The notes under the pieces are model-generated. The model saw only the letters and a list, made by a program, of their open reading frames with translations. It made no database searches and had not been told where the DNA came from. The translations under genes and the position numbers were made by a program. DNA of 64,000 nt from NCBI RefSeq assembly GCF_036321535.1, contig NC_087438.1, forward strand, positions 11,224,001-11,288,000, read 5' to 3'. The number at the start of each line of letters is the position of its first letter. Positions within the stretch are counted from its first letter, which is position 1. Below, in pieces: positions 40,960 through 54,954 of this stretch. Source of the DNA: Camelus dromedarius (Eukaryota).

Positions 40960-41098
40960 TTTTCTTTCTTTCTTTTTTTTATTGGGTTAGTCATTTTACA
41001 ATGTTGTGTCTATTTCTGGTGTACAGCACAGTTTTTCAGTCGTACGTGAATCTAGATATATTCGTTTTCATATTCTTCACCGTGAGCTACTACAAGAT
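40960..41098 (-). mobile_element. Very short L1 3' end with TSD
   Basis: TSD ctgaacgtaattcactttt at 40941-40959 and ctgaacataactcactttt at 41099-41117. Confidence 0.9.
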
Positions 41099-41354
41099 CT
41101 GAACATAACTCACTTTTGAGTGCCGCTTTCAGGTGCTTAGCCCATGGTTTGACGATCCTTGGCTTCCTTGGTTCTCTTCCCTATCCCAGTTTTAAATAAT
41201 TAACCCTTCTTCATATTTGCATCCCTAGTACCTACCAGAGCAGGAAATCAGTGTGTAATGGCTACATGCGTAGCCTTTGAATGTCTATAATGTGTTATGC
41301 TGTGATTGTTGAGGTTACACTTTTAACTGTGTTAATGTTTTCCCCCTACATTGT

Positions 41355-41507
41355 GTAGGCAGAGAGCGCTAAGTTGGGAAATCTGAGATCTCTCGTTTCT
41401 GTAATTAATCTTCAACATGGCATCTAACTTGAGTCCCAGGTTGCCCATCCTTAAAATAAGACTGAAACAATCTTGGAGGTACTTTCCAGCTCTGAATTTC
41501 TGTGATA
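41355..41507 (+). mobile_element. MIR (MIR3/MIRc-like)
   Basis: ttgcccatccttaaaataag...actttccagctctgaatttctgtga. Confidence 0.55.
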
Positions 41508-42555
41508 CTAAATCATCTTTACAAACGTTCTTTAAGTAATGAGTTGGTCTGCAAGTGAGCTAGGGAAGACTTTGAGACATTTTTCTTTTTCACTTTTCTA
41601 TTCTCATATCTGATTGAACTAAAATCCTTTCTTGACCCTACTTTTTGATCCTTAAAATGCAGTACGATACTTGATGCCAAGCTTTTCAGTAGACTTTGTA
41701 ATTTGAGAAGCAGAAAATATGGTTATGTGTTTAGAAAACAACAGCAAAGGTTTTTGGTTTTGTGTTTTTTAGAAATCTTACTCAAACTTTTTGGAACAAT
41801 TTTTCTGATTCTTAGTGTCAATCTCAGACAGTTTTACTGAGAATATTTCCTATGAAGTTGAAAACACTGTAACTCAGTGAAATGTTTCATCATCTGTGAT
41901 TTTCCCTGAAAGAGCTCATCTGTGTGTTCCGAAGGCTTCTTACTTAAGGCTCCAATTACAGAAGTAGAACCATAGGTCACCGTGCTATAGGGCACTGCTC
42001 TCCAGGAGGGGTTGGCCAAGGAAAACACTTGTTTCAGCATTTGAAACAGAAGATGAAACAAATGCTTTTCAGCTAGGAGAAAGCTCATGAACTGGCCTTC
42101 AAGCAAATGTTCCACATGATAAATCCTGACGGCAGTGGAAGCAGCTTGTCATTAAGTGTACTACGGGCGATCCCTGGTCTAGCACTCCACACCTGCCATT
42201 TTATATTCTTCTATTGCAAAGCCACAAATTAAATATGGTCCTTAACTTTAAAAGCAGCACCTTTTAATGCCCATGTTAAATTCTTGTGGTAAAAATGAAA
42301 ATATAAAATACCTCTTTCATGTTGGCTAAATTGTCATCATTTTCCTTATCATCATCAATATTAGTAAGTAAGATTTATAGCTCATCAGTACCATGGGATT
42401 GTTTTTGAAGTAGATTAATGGTTATAAAGTATAATTACTGTCCTCAAGAAATTTCTAGATGGGAGAGATTTAGAATGGGTCAATAGCTATTTTTAAAGGT
42501 ATGAGCTTTAATTCTTATCTGTTTCTCAATGAGTTCTTTTTTAAGTTTAGGAAGA

Positions 42556-43288
42556 AATTTCTTTATTATGGTAAGAAGACTTAACATGGGATCTATCCTC
42601 TTAACAAAATTTTAAGTGTACGATACAGTACTGTTAACTGTAAGCTCTATGTTGTACAGCAGATCTTCAGAATTTAATGATTTTATGTAACTGAAACGCT
42701 ATACCTTTTGACTAACAATTCCCCAACCTCCCCCCACCTCCTGATAATCACCATTCTACTCTCTGCTTCTGTGTGTTTGACTCATATGATATCTCATGTA
42801 AGTGTAATCATACGGCATTTATATTTCTGTGACTGGCTTATTTCATTTAGCATCATGTCCTTAAGATTCATGCATGTTAACACATACGACGGGACTTCTT
42901 TCTTTTTTTAAGACTAAATAATATTCCATTGTGTGTGTATATATATCACAGTTTTTAATCTGTTTATCCAGGGAATGCAAATTAAAACCACAATGAGATA
43001 ACCTTTCACACCTGTTAGGATGGCTCTTATTTAAAAAAGAGAAATATTGGTGAGGATGTGGAGAAATTGGAATCTTTATTCACTGTTAGAATGTAAAATG
43101 GTGCAGCTGCTGTGAAAAATGGTATGGAAATTCCTGAAAAAATTAAAAATAGAAATACCATATGAAATACCAGCGATCCCACTTTGGATATTTATCCAAA
43201 AGAATTGAAATCTGAATCTTGAAGAGATATTTGCATTCCTCTGTTCATTGCAGCATTATTCACAATGGCCAAAGTACGGAAACAAGCT
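42556..43288 (-). mobile_element. 5'-inverted L1MA9-like element
   Basis: Antisense 3' end to about 42968, then a sense ORF2 piece. TSD agtttaggaaga at 42544-42555 and agtttgggaaga at 43289-43300. Confidence 0.85.
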
Positions 43289-44191
43289 AGTTTGGGAAGA
43301 CTTTATTAAAAGTCATCGATCAAAGTCAGGAACAAAATTTTTTAGTATAACAGCATATTTCAGCATATATGTCTCAGACCACCATGTGGATTTAGTTTCT
43401 GAGCTACCACTCTGGCCAACGATTTTTTTTTAATAGGGAAGAAAGAAGAGGACAGTAGCAAATCCTGAATTTTTACTCCTCGTCTAGTCTATTGACCTAA
43501 ACCCCTTCTCTCTTTGGCTTCATGTCCTCAGAAAGGTGATAGTGTGGAGGGCACCATTTATCTGGAACATTAAGTGTGCCAACCTTTCTGCAATGTTTTG
43601 GTCAAAAATGGGTGACTTTGTTCTCCCTCGGTCTTCTGCTCCTACGTGGGCGATGAAGCTGTCCTCCTGCCTCCATTGACAGTCTCGCCAAGCTGGCTGA
43701 GGGAGACTGAAGGGATACACATCACTTTATAGCCTTCTCGCTGCCAAGTTCTAGTCAGTTTCAGCAACATCATGTGAAAAGCTCCAAAGCAAATACAAGG
43801 TGAGGAAATCAAAATTAAATTCATCTTCTCCAAGGATAAATAAAGCATGGATGCATTGCTCTTGAGCTTACAGGATGGAAATCAGAAAGGCTTTGCTTGG
43901 ATTTCAGTGATACTGGTGTTCAGATTCCTGATTCTTCAGCCCAGAAAAGAGGCAAGATATAGACCAACAAAAATCTAGTTTCCTTAAGAGACTATACCTC
44001 AATAGTTGATACTGATAGGCAACTTCAAGATGATGTATGTGAATTATTCATCCTGTGAAACCAGCCACTGTTTGGAGAGGAGAGGAATTGAACTCTTTCT
44101 TTGAGTGTATTAATGTCAAAGAACAAAAGGACATTTGCATATCACATGATATCAAGCAGATGCAAATGGCTTTGAACTTCTAAGTCCTCAT

Positions 44192-44350
44192 CTTTTTTTA
44201 ACCTGAGATTTAAAATTTTTGTTCTTCTACCTTAACTATTTCTGCCTTTTTTAAATCAAATAATTGATTTACAATATTATATTAGTTTCAGGTGTACAAC
44301 ATAGTGATTCAATATTTTTATAGCTTATACTCCATTTAAAGTTATCCTAA
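44192..44350 (-). mobile_element. Short L1 3' end with TSD
   Basis: tattagtttcaggtgtacaacatagtgattc; aagtcctcat at 44182-44191 and 44351-44360. Confidence 0.8.
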
Positions 44351-46099
44351 AAGTCCTCATTTTTTATGAATTGAGAAAATTGGGGTGGGGCAGGGTCTTC
44401 TACTTTTGTTTTCTTCAGATTCTTTGTTACCATACAGTTGACCATCCAAAATATTTTTGACCAATTCCTGGACTCTAGTTTTCTGACCAACATCTGACAG
44501 GCAGCTACAAACTATATGTATATATATAGCTACCTACTAACCTGTTTACAGAAACTGAATTATTTTGGATCAAGTTAATTGAAAAATGTTGGTTATTTTT
44601 TCATCAGCCCTCACTGAAAGACAAGATCAAAGAAAAACCTCAATTGATTTTACTAAATGTTGAGAAAATACCCTGTCTTGAAACTTAAGTTAACAGTGAC
44701 TGGACTACTATGGATTGTAGCCCAGGGCATTGCTTCTTCACATCCTTAATTTAGATGTGATTACAATTCTTAATTACGGTTTTCCAGCTTGTTTTTTGAA
44801 TGAGTTACACATCATTCTGAAGACTTTGCTAGGGGATTGTCTATATATTAATTAAGACTGGAAAATATACACATCCATAAGATACTGCACTGATTTCATT
44901 TTTTTTCAGAATTTTATCCCTCTCACACTCAAATACCTAAGCTAAAACATATTTCCTGAATATAATTGTGGAAAATTATATTTTTTTTCCTTAAAAAGAG
45001 TAATAAATACTGGAGTGCCAGTATCTCTTGGATACCTGAACATTGAATGAAACTTTTAGTTAGTAACAGCTTGCTGGCTCCTGTTTTTGGCAAAGTCTTG
45101 AAGACTATGTACTGTTCCATAGAATCAGAGTTCATCAGCCACATCTAACAATTCAATCATGAGAAAAAAGTGAGATGATGATAACACTGAAAATGGAATA
45201 AAAATACACATTTGCATCATTTATGGAATTGAGAGACAAAGGAAGAAAGTTTATTTTTGTGCAATAAAAATATGGTCAAAACTCCGTACTGAATGTTTGG
45301 TGAAGCAGAAGGGTAGATGACTCAATATAGATTTCTGTATAAAATTTCTAATAGGTGTTAGAAACAAGTTTTAATTGAACCTTCATTTGTCTATGGAACA
45401 AGTGTCCACTCACAATTACATGCAATTTTGTCCAGTACTTTGGATATTCACTTCTGCAAACTACTGAGGCAAATGAGGACAAGGCTGCTGCTACATGATG
45501 TCTTTAGGTACATTTGAAAAAGGTAATTCTTCCTGAGACATTTTATTTCTAGTTGTTAGAAAATTATTCTAAGCATTAAGTTCATTAAAAAAGAAATATC
45601 ACTGCCATCTTTTGGAAAATTGTTCTAATAAATAAACACTCATCACTGGAGGTGATGAAGTTATAATAAAAAACAGATGGCTTAGATGTGAATTATAACT
45701 CCTTAGATTTAGTGCCTTTGTGCAATACACAACCTGAACAACTGTACCAGTTAGCTATTCCAGGGGATAAATACTATCGAAGTCAGAAATTGGCTAGTTT
45801 CATCTTCCTAACCTATGGTCAAATAGAGAGGAAAGAACCAGGCATAAATAGATCACATGGTATTTTACTGGTTGTGTTCAGATTTCAGTAGACTTCCAAT
45901 TAACATATCAAAAGTAGAGGAAAACAGCTGTAAAGATGAGATGTCAGCCAGAAATAACTGGACAGGTAATTTGTGCTGAGTAAAAATTTGCACAAGCCCA
46001 TTGCCATCATGAATGTGAGCAAGCTTTAATTTATGTCAGTGCTATTGAGCCAAAGGTGTGGATTTCTGAAAATGTATTAGGATGCCCTATTAGTGCATC

Positions 46100-46990
46100 A
46101 TTTGCTGAATTCTGTTAATTGCTTATACTTCGATATTGTGCTGAATGCTTTTTATATCTTTGTGAATGGCTATAATAATTCCATAAGGGTTATTGTTTTA
46201 GTTATTCCCGTCATTGAGGTGAGGATTTTGAAGCTTAGCATAGACACACTACTCTATGTGGAACCCAAAGTCCATGCCATTCCTGAGAATGTAAATGAAA
46301 AAAAAAAGATTAACAGCTTTTTTATGCGACAGCATGAATCATTTGGGAAAATGTAATTATTAAGACACAAACAAATGCGTATGCATAGGGTTTAAGAATA
46401 AATCTATCAACAAACATGGGGATCAATGTGAAGAACATGACAAATCTGGTAGGAACATAAATTGGTACAACCTTTTTGGAGGGTAATTCGGCAATTTGTG
46501 TCAAAAGCTATTTATAAAAAGGCATACTCTCAAATTCATCAACTTCAGTGTGAGGAATTCATCCAAAAGATGTAATTAGCGAGCTAGCAAAGGATTCTCT
46601 ACAGATTGATTCACTTTAGCATTGCTTCTGCTAACCACAACTGAAATAATATAAATATTCATCAATAGGAGATTTTGTAAAGCAAAGTGTATTCATATGC
46701 AGCTTTAAAAACAATCGTGCAGAAGAAACATTCTTTTGAAAATGTTCTCAGCATATTGAAAGATATTTAAAGGGCATTATTAAAAATGTGTGATTACAGA
46801 TTTATCAAATTAAAAAGTATTTACACACTCACACACGTACAGAGAGAAAAGACTAGAATGGTTTATACAAACCTGTAAATAGTAGTTACCAATGGGTGGT
46901 GCAGTAAAGGGTTATGTTTATTTTTTCTGCTTTCGTGGACTTTCATTTTCTATTTTCTATAATAAACTGTATTACTTTTATAATCAAAAG
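46100..46990. mobile_element. MIR (-) followed by ancient L1ME 3' fragments (+)
   Basis: attcccgtcattgaggtgagg; aaattggtacaacctttttggagggtaattcggcaat. Confidence 0.6.
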
Positions 46991-47292
46991 AAGATGGTTC
47001 AAAAATATGGATTTAATATAACCATTTATCCTGTGATTATATTTGAACCAGATATGAAGGTGGGTTAACATTGGTTTTGTTTTTGTGTTTATCTCAGTTT
47101 TACATGTTCTTTTTGCCTTTGTTAGGAAATAGAGTAAGAACATAAGGAAAAGGAATTTTTTTTGAGGGTAGGACATAACTGGTACTGCCCAAGCAAGATG
47201 ATTTCTCTCAAAGAATAAGAAATCTCTGCTTTGTCTCATTTAGACTAGACTTGGGTAAACACAGTGTGTCAGTCACCCAGATGATTCAGGTC

Positions 47293-47718
47293 TGCATTAG
47301 TCACACGATGCTAACTGTTGTAACAAACAACACCTAAAATATCAGTCACTTCATATAATAAAAGTTTATTGCTTGATTACATCATAGACCATTATGGTCA
47401 GAGTCAGGGGAGGAGGAGGGGAACTCTATTCCAGTGTCATTTAGACATTTGGGAACTCAGGCTTTGTCCATCATGGTCCACATGTGGCCTCTAAAGTTGA
47501 CACAAAATAAGCGATAATACTGAGGCTCCTGGAAGGTAGTTTATTGCCAGGCATGAGGTGGCCTCAGTCACCTCTCTTCACATTCTGTTGGCCAGAACTC
47601 AATCACATGACCTTACTTAAACTGAGTTGCAAAGGACCCGGGGAAATGTAGCCTCACTGTGTTTCTAGGAGGAAAACAAAGCAGGTCAGGTGAACATATA
47701 ACATGTGTCACTATCACA
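47293..47718 (-). mobile_element. Old MaLR LTR (MLT1J/K-like)
   Basis: tgcattagtc...ctgttgtaacaaacaac...cacattctgttggccagaactcaatcacatgacc. Confidence 0.75.
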
Positions 47719-49271
47719 TCCATCTAGTATACCAGGTAAAAAGGATTTTTTTTTTCTTTAATTACAGAGAATGTCATTTCAATACTCTATTTTACTTTGA
47801 CATATAAGTGAAATATTGCTTTTAAATGTTATTCTAAGTAACTGGCTTAAAACCTTTTTAGAGTACATTGTTCTAAAACCTTTATATTCCAACTGAGAAA
47901 AAAGTATTTATCTAGGAGATGCCCAAGAACTTGATAACATATTTCCTCGACAGAACTCCCAAATGGCTGTTGGTTAAGGGGAAATATTTGTGCAGACTAC
48001 AAACTTAACGGATGGATAGAGTCTGTTACCCTCCGGCTTCCAAAGTGTTTATGTCTGATTGGAAACTCTTTAACTTGTATCAAAAACTGGAAAAACACTT
48101 TCGTGTCTGAGATTTTTCTATCTGTTGAAATTGGCAGTAAAGGAAATTTTGAGCATATGAAATTACCTGGTTCCATTTTTTGAATCTAAAGCTTTAGGTG
48201 ATATCTGGGTGCAATAAATAAACTGTAGCTCTAATTATCCTTTTAATAATGTTTACAGAAACCAAGGGCAGGTTGTAAATAGAACAGGAGAGCAAAATAT
48301 AAGATGAAGGTATTATTGCTGATAATGACTTACTCTTTTGAAACATTGGAAGTTTCCGTTTCAAATGCAGAATTAAATCTCTGCTTTGGAGCACAGAGAT
48401 GTAGTCTTTGGAGACTGAAAATTTGTCTCTTGTTTTTCTTGAAGCTCTCAACTCAGTAAGAATGGTTTATGGTTATTTTTAATTAATCTGCTGCAAATGT
48501 ATCTATTCAAATGTTACCATACCAAGGCACTTTGGGGTCACGTGGCTTTATACCTGGAATTGTGTGTGAAAGTGAGGCTGGGCCCTACCAGAGTTGAACA
48601 ACTTCTGGAAACCATGAAACCCGCTAGGGCCATGCCCTCAGTCACCCTAAGGCAGGACTCAGCAAGAATTGCCACCTAAGACTTCCGGACACACTGCATC
48701 TGCCTTCCAGTTTCCGTGAGTGAGTCCTCTCTTTAAGGAAATATAAACTCTGTATTCTGAGACACTAAAAAGAAGGTGGAAATTTTAATGTATTTGAGAA
48801 GGAAAGAAATTTGTTTCACAGCAGAGGTCCCCCTCCACCTGCCTTTTAATGGCTGTAAAAAGGCAGCCGTAACAATGACATGTCCTGTTCCCCTCATAAA
48901 AGCATAGGCGGTGAGAGGCCTGGCTTTTAAAAGAGTTAAGTAGTTTTAGACTTAGAAAAACGATACTTCTCTTCAGTAATCCAGGTTAGAACAAAAATTG
49001 TTCAGCACATTATTTTACCGAAATCCTCACCTTTCATGATTGTAATTTGTAGGAAGTTGTAGGAAGTTGAAGTCCATCACTTCAACATGTTTGGGTCTCT
49101 TAAACTTCAGTCTCCTTGTATGGAAAATGAAGACCCCGTGGTGCCTCTGAAGAGCTATATACAGAGTAAAATTTAAGAGCACAAAGCCCTTTTAAAATTT
49201 GACATGATGAAATAGTTTAGTAATTGCCGCACCATGATTGAGATAATTTAGACAATTTTCAATCCAGTGAA

Positions 49272-49355
49272 ATTTTTCAAAATTGAGATGGAAGTGACGT
49301 ATAACATTATATTAGTTTCAGGTGTACAACATAATGGTTCAATATATGTATATGA
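49272..49355 (-). mobile_element. Short L1 3' end
   Basis: ttgagatggaagtgacgtataacattatattagtttcaggtgtacaacataat. Confidence 0.75.
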
Positions 49356-49419
49356 TGTTATTCACATTTTTATCATAATATGCTGCCATTAGTCCATGCT
49401 CTCCACTCCTCACTCATCC

Positions 49420-49822
49420 CTTCTTTCATCCATCCATTCATTCTCCATCAGTTACTGCTGATGTGGTTCTCATAAGTCATTGTGCTAACTTACGGGGTTG
49501 CATGAATGAATAAGACTAAGTACCTGCTCCCTGGGAATTTATGATCTGGTACAGGTGGCAGGTGAATGATGTTATGATACGTACTATGAGAAAGGTAGAT
49601 GCAAAGTAGTACAGAGACGAGGTAGATGATTTATCTAACTGAGCAGGGTGTGGGTCAGGTAAGGGTGGTGATCTGTCTATAGAAGTCATCAAGCTGTAGA
49701 CTTTGTGAAGACAGGACTGTCTTACTCACCTCAGTTTCTATCCCTCTGCTTACGGTGTGCTGCCTGACACTTAGGAGATGCTGATGTTGGATGAATTAGC
49801 GAGTGAGTGAACAAATGAATGA
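49420..49822. mobile_element. L2 fragments in both orientations
   Basis: tcatccatccattcatt; tgtagactttgtgaagacaggactg...gaacaaatgaatga. Confidence 0.6.
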
Positions 49823-50383
49823 GCACTGTGATTTACTGTGCTTTGCAGGAAGTTAAAAGAGAAACAGGAAGATACTTCTGCCCTCAGAAATATTACATTT
49901 ACAATGTGGTAAATGTGTTAGATTTATAACATATTTCATTTATAATTATATTATCATGCATTGTCAATAAATATTTGGTGCGAAGACAGAAATGTCCCCA
50001 ACATGTTGTTGGCGAGAAAATTTACTAAATTCTCAAATTTCCTACTTGTAGGCTAAACAGACTTTTTTTCTGATTGAGACATTTAATAAGATCCCACCTT
50101 ACCCAATACTTTACCTGATAGCAGTAGTGATCCAGACAGAAGTATATCTTCAACAGCAATGGCAAAGCCTTCCTCTTGAGTATGAACAAATCATAAAACT
50201 CATGAATGCAGTTGGGGAAATCATTTTTCAAATGCTTATTTCAGGTGAAAGTAATGGGATCCGTATAGTTCAGATGTCAGAAAGAAATATGTTGGGGGGG
50301 TAGTAGACTTATTCCATCTATTTCTTCCTTGCTGGCAAAACATAGGCTGGGCGTTTTGGAAGGCTGCAGAGCAAAGTGCAGGC

Positions 50384-50697
50384 TTTTTTTAAATTGAAGT
50401 AGAGTCAGTTCATAATGTGTCAATTTCTGGTGTACAGCATGATGTTTCAGTCATGCATATACATACATATATTCCTTTTCCTATTCTTTTTCATTACAGG
50501 TTATGACGAGATATTGAGTATAGTACCCTGTGCTATACAGAAGAAATTTGTTGTTTATCCATTTTATATATAGTGGTTAGTATCTGCACATCTGAACTCC
50601 CAATTTATCCCTTCCCACCCCTTTTTCCCCTTGGTAACCATAAGTTTGTTTTCTATGTCTGTGAGTCTGTTTTTGTTTTGTAAATAAGTTCATTTGT

Positions 50698-50733
<36 letters not shown>

Positions 50734-51066
50734 TCCCACATGTAAGTGATACCATATGCTGTTTTTCTTTTTCTATCTGGCTTACTTCACTTAATGATGA
50801 TCCCTAGGTCTATCCATGTTGCTGCAAATGGCATTATTTTATTCTTTTTCATGGCTGAGTAGTATTCCATTGTATAAATATACCACAGCTTCTTTATCCA
50901 GTCATCTGTTGATGGACATTCATGTTGTTTCTATGTCCTGGCTATTGTAAATAGTGCTGCTATGAACATTGGGGTGCATGTATCTTTTCAAATTGGAGTT
51001 CCCTCTGAATATATGACCAGGCGTGGGATTGCAGGCTCATATGGCAAGTCTATTTTTAGTTCTTAA
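50384..51066 (-). mobile_element. Young 5'-truncated L1 with internal poly(T) of about 31 nt
   Basis: ttgaagtagagtcag...gtgctgctatgaacattggggtgcatg; probable TSD aaagtgcaggct / aaaatgcagact. Confidence 0.92.
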
Positions 51067-51089
51067 GAAAAAAATGCAGACTATTATTC

Positions 51090-51295
51090 ATCCCTGAGTT
51101 CAAATCCCAACTCTGCTCTTTATCGTAAATATGACCTTGGCCACTTCTCTGCTTTGTGCCTTAGCATGCTCATCTTTAAAAAGGGGTGAAGTGACTTCCT
51201 GGCAGGGTTGTTACCAGGATTCACTGAAAGAATACACGTGGAGAGCTGAGCACTGTGCCTGGCACACAGGGAGCACTCCATACATGCAGTTGTTG
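51090..51295 (+). mobile_element. MIR SINE
   Basis: gagttcaaatcccaactctgc...tgaccttggcc...cactgtgcctggcacac. Confidence 0.8.
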
Positions 51296-53052
51296 TTCTG
51301 GTATATTCTGCAGTAGACTTTACAGTGTCTTATCATGATCTAACCTCAAATCTGCAGTCACCAGCCTGGTCCTCCATGTGGGTAGCTGGAAGCAGAGCAG
51401 AAGTGCAAATACACAAAAACTAGACCAGGAAAAAAAATGGTTTTTTAACAATGACTCTGTTGGTCTCTTTGTCAGGAAACAGTGCCCGGATGTTGTGGCT
51501 TTTCTGGCATGCCCTTATGAAGGGGTGGTGGACTCTGTATACCAAAACCAGTATTAGACACTACTTCCAAATGTGTTCTGGTTAGCTATCTGAATGGCTT
51601 TTCACTGGGTCACCCGTTGACTCCAAGTACTTTCGAATGTGAGCAATTTCACACGGACTTGCCATCCTGCCCTTGGTGTGCAGATGAGATCAATTCTTCA
51701 CTGAGGTCTTTTAAGATCATAAAGAGCTAAGTTTATGTTTTTTGCTATGTTGTCTATTACGCACAGATTTCGAAAGCCTCACATTGGACAGAACCAATGC
51801 ATTTACAGAATTAACTAGGTTAGATCAGTCTGACAGTATTTAAGTTCCCTTCCAGCAACACAGTAAATAGGCTCACTGTCAAACCAAATGATGCATCTAT
51901 GGCCCCTCTGTCTAAACCACACCATCTTGTTTGGGAACCATATTACCTGAGTAGGGGCCCTGTTTGTATTCAACTTGCATTTGTTTCTCTCTTCCAACCT
52001 CTCCCCGTGTAGCAATGAACAAAATATATTGACCTCTAGGGATATTACTTTAATAGCTGCATTTTCTCCAGGACCTAAACACACAGAATTAGAAAAACTT
52101 CAATTTATATAATTTTCAAGGTAATTTAAAGTTGAAACGAACTTTTTTGGACCTATATCTTTAGCGACTGGATTTTTAATAGCTTGGAAGTGCGTTGATG
52201 CTTGAAAATGTACATTTTTGGAAGGAAAAAGTTCAGAAATTGTGACCTACTTAACTTTTAGTGGATTGGACCACTGAGCCAAGAGGCGTGGTGACCACCC
52301 ACTGGGGCGTCAGGCATGGTGTCATGATTGTCAAACTCCAAGCCGAGGGCAGTTATAATTAAGTGAAAATAATCACTATCGGAGCCAGAGAAATTCCAGA
52401 ACCAGTCATGTGGGTTTAGCACCTACACTGCATTCCAGGTGAGCCTGTCCTGGTATCTGAAATCAAGCCTTGGCAGGCTGGGGATCTGACAGGTTTGTTG
52501 AATGAATTAGAACACCACACTGTCTCCTTCCATAATAAAATTCTTTCCTGCCCCCCAACCCTTACAAGCATAAGTGAAATCATTAGAAGGAACCATAATC
52601 CAAGGCCACCCTGGATTAGAATAGGTGGCTATAACAATAACAAAACCCCTTTACAGGAAATCCTATATTTGGAAAACCATTAGAAATAAATTCACGTGGC
52701 TGATTAGAATTCAGAAGCCCTAGCTACTGCCCTTTCCGTTTTAGACTCTGAGCTTAACTCTCAGTGGTATCAGCCTTAGTGAATCCAAACTGTGACCACA
52801 GAAAAAGACATTGAGAGACCAGAAGCCCAGCATGTGAGCCTCCAGTGCTCACCCCCCACTGACAGCTGCCTGCCCTGCTCTATTCTTCTCATTCCTCCAC
52901 TTTCCATCAGAGAAGCCCGCGCACCTTGATTTTACTAATCGGTACCAATTCGAAATGCACTTAACGCGGTGTAAGAAGAGAAACGGCTATTCATTTTGTA
53001 GGACGGGAGGACCATTTGTTTTTGTTGTGGCAGTGAGGCCCTTGGTCTGGTG

Positions 53053-53806
53053 TGATGGTTCTTAGCTGGTGGGGCAGTGCCCCGAAAGCCGTTTTTGAGT
53101 CAAGTTTGTGAGCGTGGTTTGGTTATCATAACGATTGGAGGAGAGCTCGTGGAATTCAGGCGGGAAGGACAGGGATGCTAGTGACCTGCAGTGCATAGAA
53201 GAGTTTTGCACAGCAAAGACAGTGAAGAAATATTTGTGAGCTTATTGACATTCATGTAGGTTAAAAATACTGTTCATAATTACTGGGTTCCAGGATCTAA
53301 TGCCTATGTCTATGTAAACATGAAGTTTCTTTTTATTTTTTTTTCCTGAGAGTGAGTATGTATTGATTTTTTAAGAATGAAACTATCAAGTACATTAAGG
53401 GATAATAGAACTCGGAGTCAGAACTCCCCCAGGAGGTGTGGGTGCTTCCAGACAACCCCCTGACAGCTGCCAGGCTGCTTGTGGTGTAGCCGACACCAGC
53501 ACCTCATATTGGTGTCTGACTTTGCAGCTGTTGGATTCAAGGTGAAGTAAGTACACAATTAGGTTTTTTTTTCCCCCCTTCCTGGGTAGAAGAACCTGAC
53601 CAATTACATATTTAGAAGCATGGTATTTTATTATTATTTACTTTTCTTCTCTTTCTCCTTTGTTATATAGTTAGGGAATTCTATTACTCCTTTTGAAATT
53701 AGGTATGTAGGTCAATATCTATAAATCTTATTATAGGATGGTGAAGGGAACACGACCAAACATTTGTTACAGGAGTGTTGGGTTCCATTGGCAATGGCAA
53801 CCACTG
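53053..53806 (+). mobile_element. MER20B-like hAT-Charlie element
   Basis: tggttcttagc...cagggatgctag...gacattcatgtaggttaaaaa...ggcaaccactg. Confidence 0.75.
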
Positions 53807-53839
53807 AAATAGTCCTACTCGTGTCTCTGGTACTGTGAT

Positions 53840-54000
53840 AAAGGTACCGTGAATATCCTTCATCAGCACAAGTGGGAGGCAGTATTATCTCAGTTTACAA
53901 ATCAGAAGACTGAGGCTTGCTGAGTCAAAGTCATAAACATGCTTGTGGTTGGGAGCGGGCATTCAAACATGTGTAGGTCCAGTAACTCAGACCACACTTG
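53840..54000 (-). mobile_element. MIR SINE
   Basis: tattatctcagtttacaaatcagaagactgaggct. Confidence 0.65.
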
Positions 54001-54954
54001 CAACCACTCCACAGTTTGCTGCCAGTCAGATGTCTGCTGCTGCCTGATCATCAGCCAAAAGCAAGACCACATTCTCGTCCCCTGTAAAGGTTGCCCAGTC
54101 TGTACCTGAAGGCTCTCCATGGAGATCAGCCAACACCTACCCAGGAATGTCCCCCTTGAGGAAATCTGCACAGCGAACTTAAACAATGTAGTGTCCCTGA
54201 GGCTGAAGGTTCCCGACCAACATCAGAACCAAAACACACTCGATTTCCATTATTAATAACATTCAAAGTCAGTGATAGTGGGGCTGATTCTGTAATTGAG
54301 TGCGTTTACATTTGGAAAGAACACCAGAGACTTTTGTTTGGTGAAGTAGGAACGGAACTAATGAGGCTCAGACAGACTGCCTCCCCAGGAGGGTGGGAGA
54401 GGAACATTCCACAATAATCCATGTTGGGTAACTCGTCCAGAAAGGAAGGTCCTCTTCACCCCCAGCTGCCAGGGACAGGGCTAGTGAATTAGGCCTCATC
54501 CTCCATCTCCCCAGAGTGGCAAGGCTATGCACACTGGGGACATCCCCTCCATCACTGCGCCTCCCTGGGCTCCTGGTGGGAACTGACACCCATCGTGACT
54601 GGTGCTACTGCTACGAGCTGGACTGGCCCATGTGTCAGATTGATACCAGGCAGCTTTCTCTTTCTTCACTCTTACTCCTTTCCCTTTTCTCCTAAATATC
54701 ATTACTATTGCTTGTCCTCAGGTAGATATTTTTCAATTGTTACATTTTTTAGAAAAACTCCAAAGGCAGTATTTTTCAGTATGATAGAAAGAGCAACTTT
54801 GGAAAGAAACACCAGGCTTGATGAGTGATTTCTGCCTCCTTTGACCTGTTGACCTCTGGGGTGGAGGGTTGTCCTTCACTGCCTGCTAAGTATTTCATCC
54901 AGCATCCAAGATGAGTAGCAATGACATGACCTTCGATAATGTTCACGTTATCTT

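Noticed and set aside
41834..42200. 93-aa ORF and nearby acceptor-like site in unique DNA
   Set aside because: No recognisable protein in the minus-strand frames examined and no coherent splice pair.
43520..43848. Overlapping minus-strand ORFs and a possible exon ending ...GRRTASSPT*
   Set aside because: The peptide is unrecognised and there are no supporting neighbouring exons.
50110..50250. Exon-like open frames with donor-like motifs on both strands
   Set aside because: No good acceptor and no known peptide.
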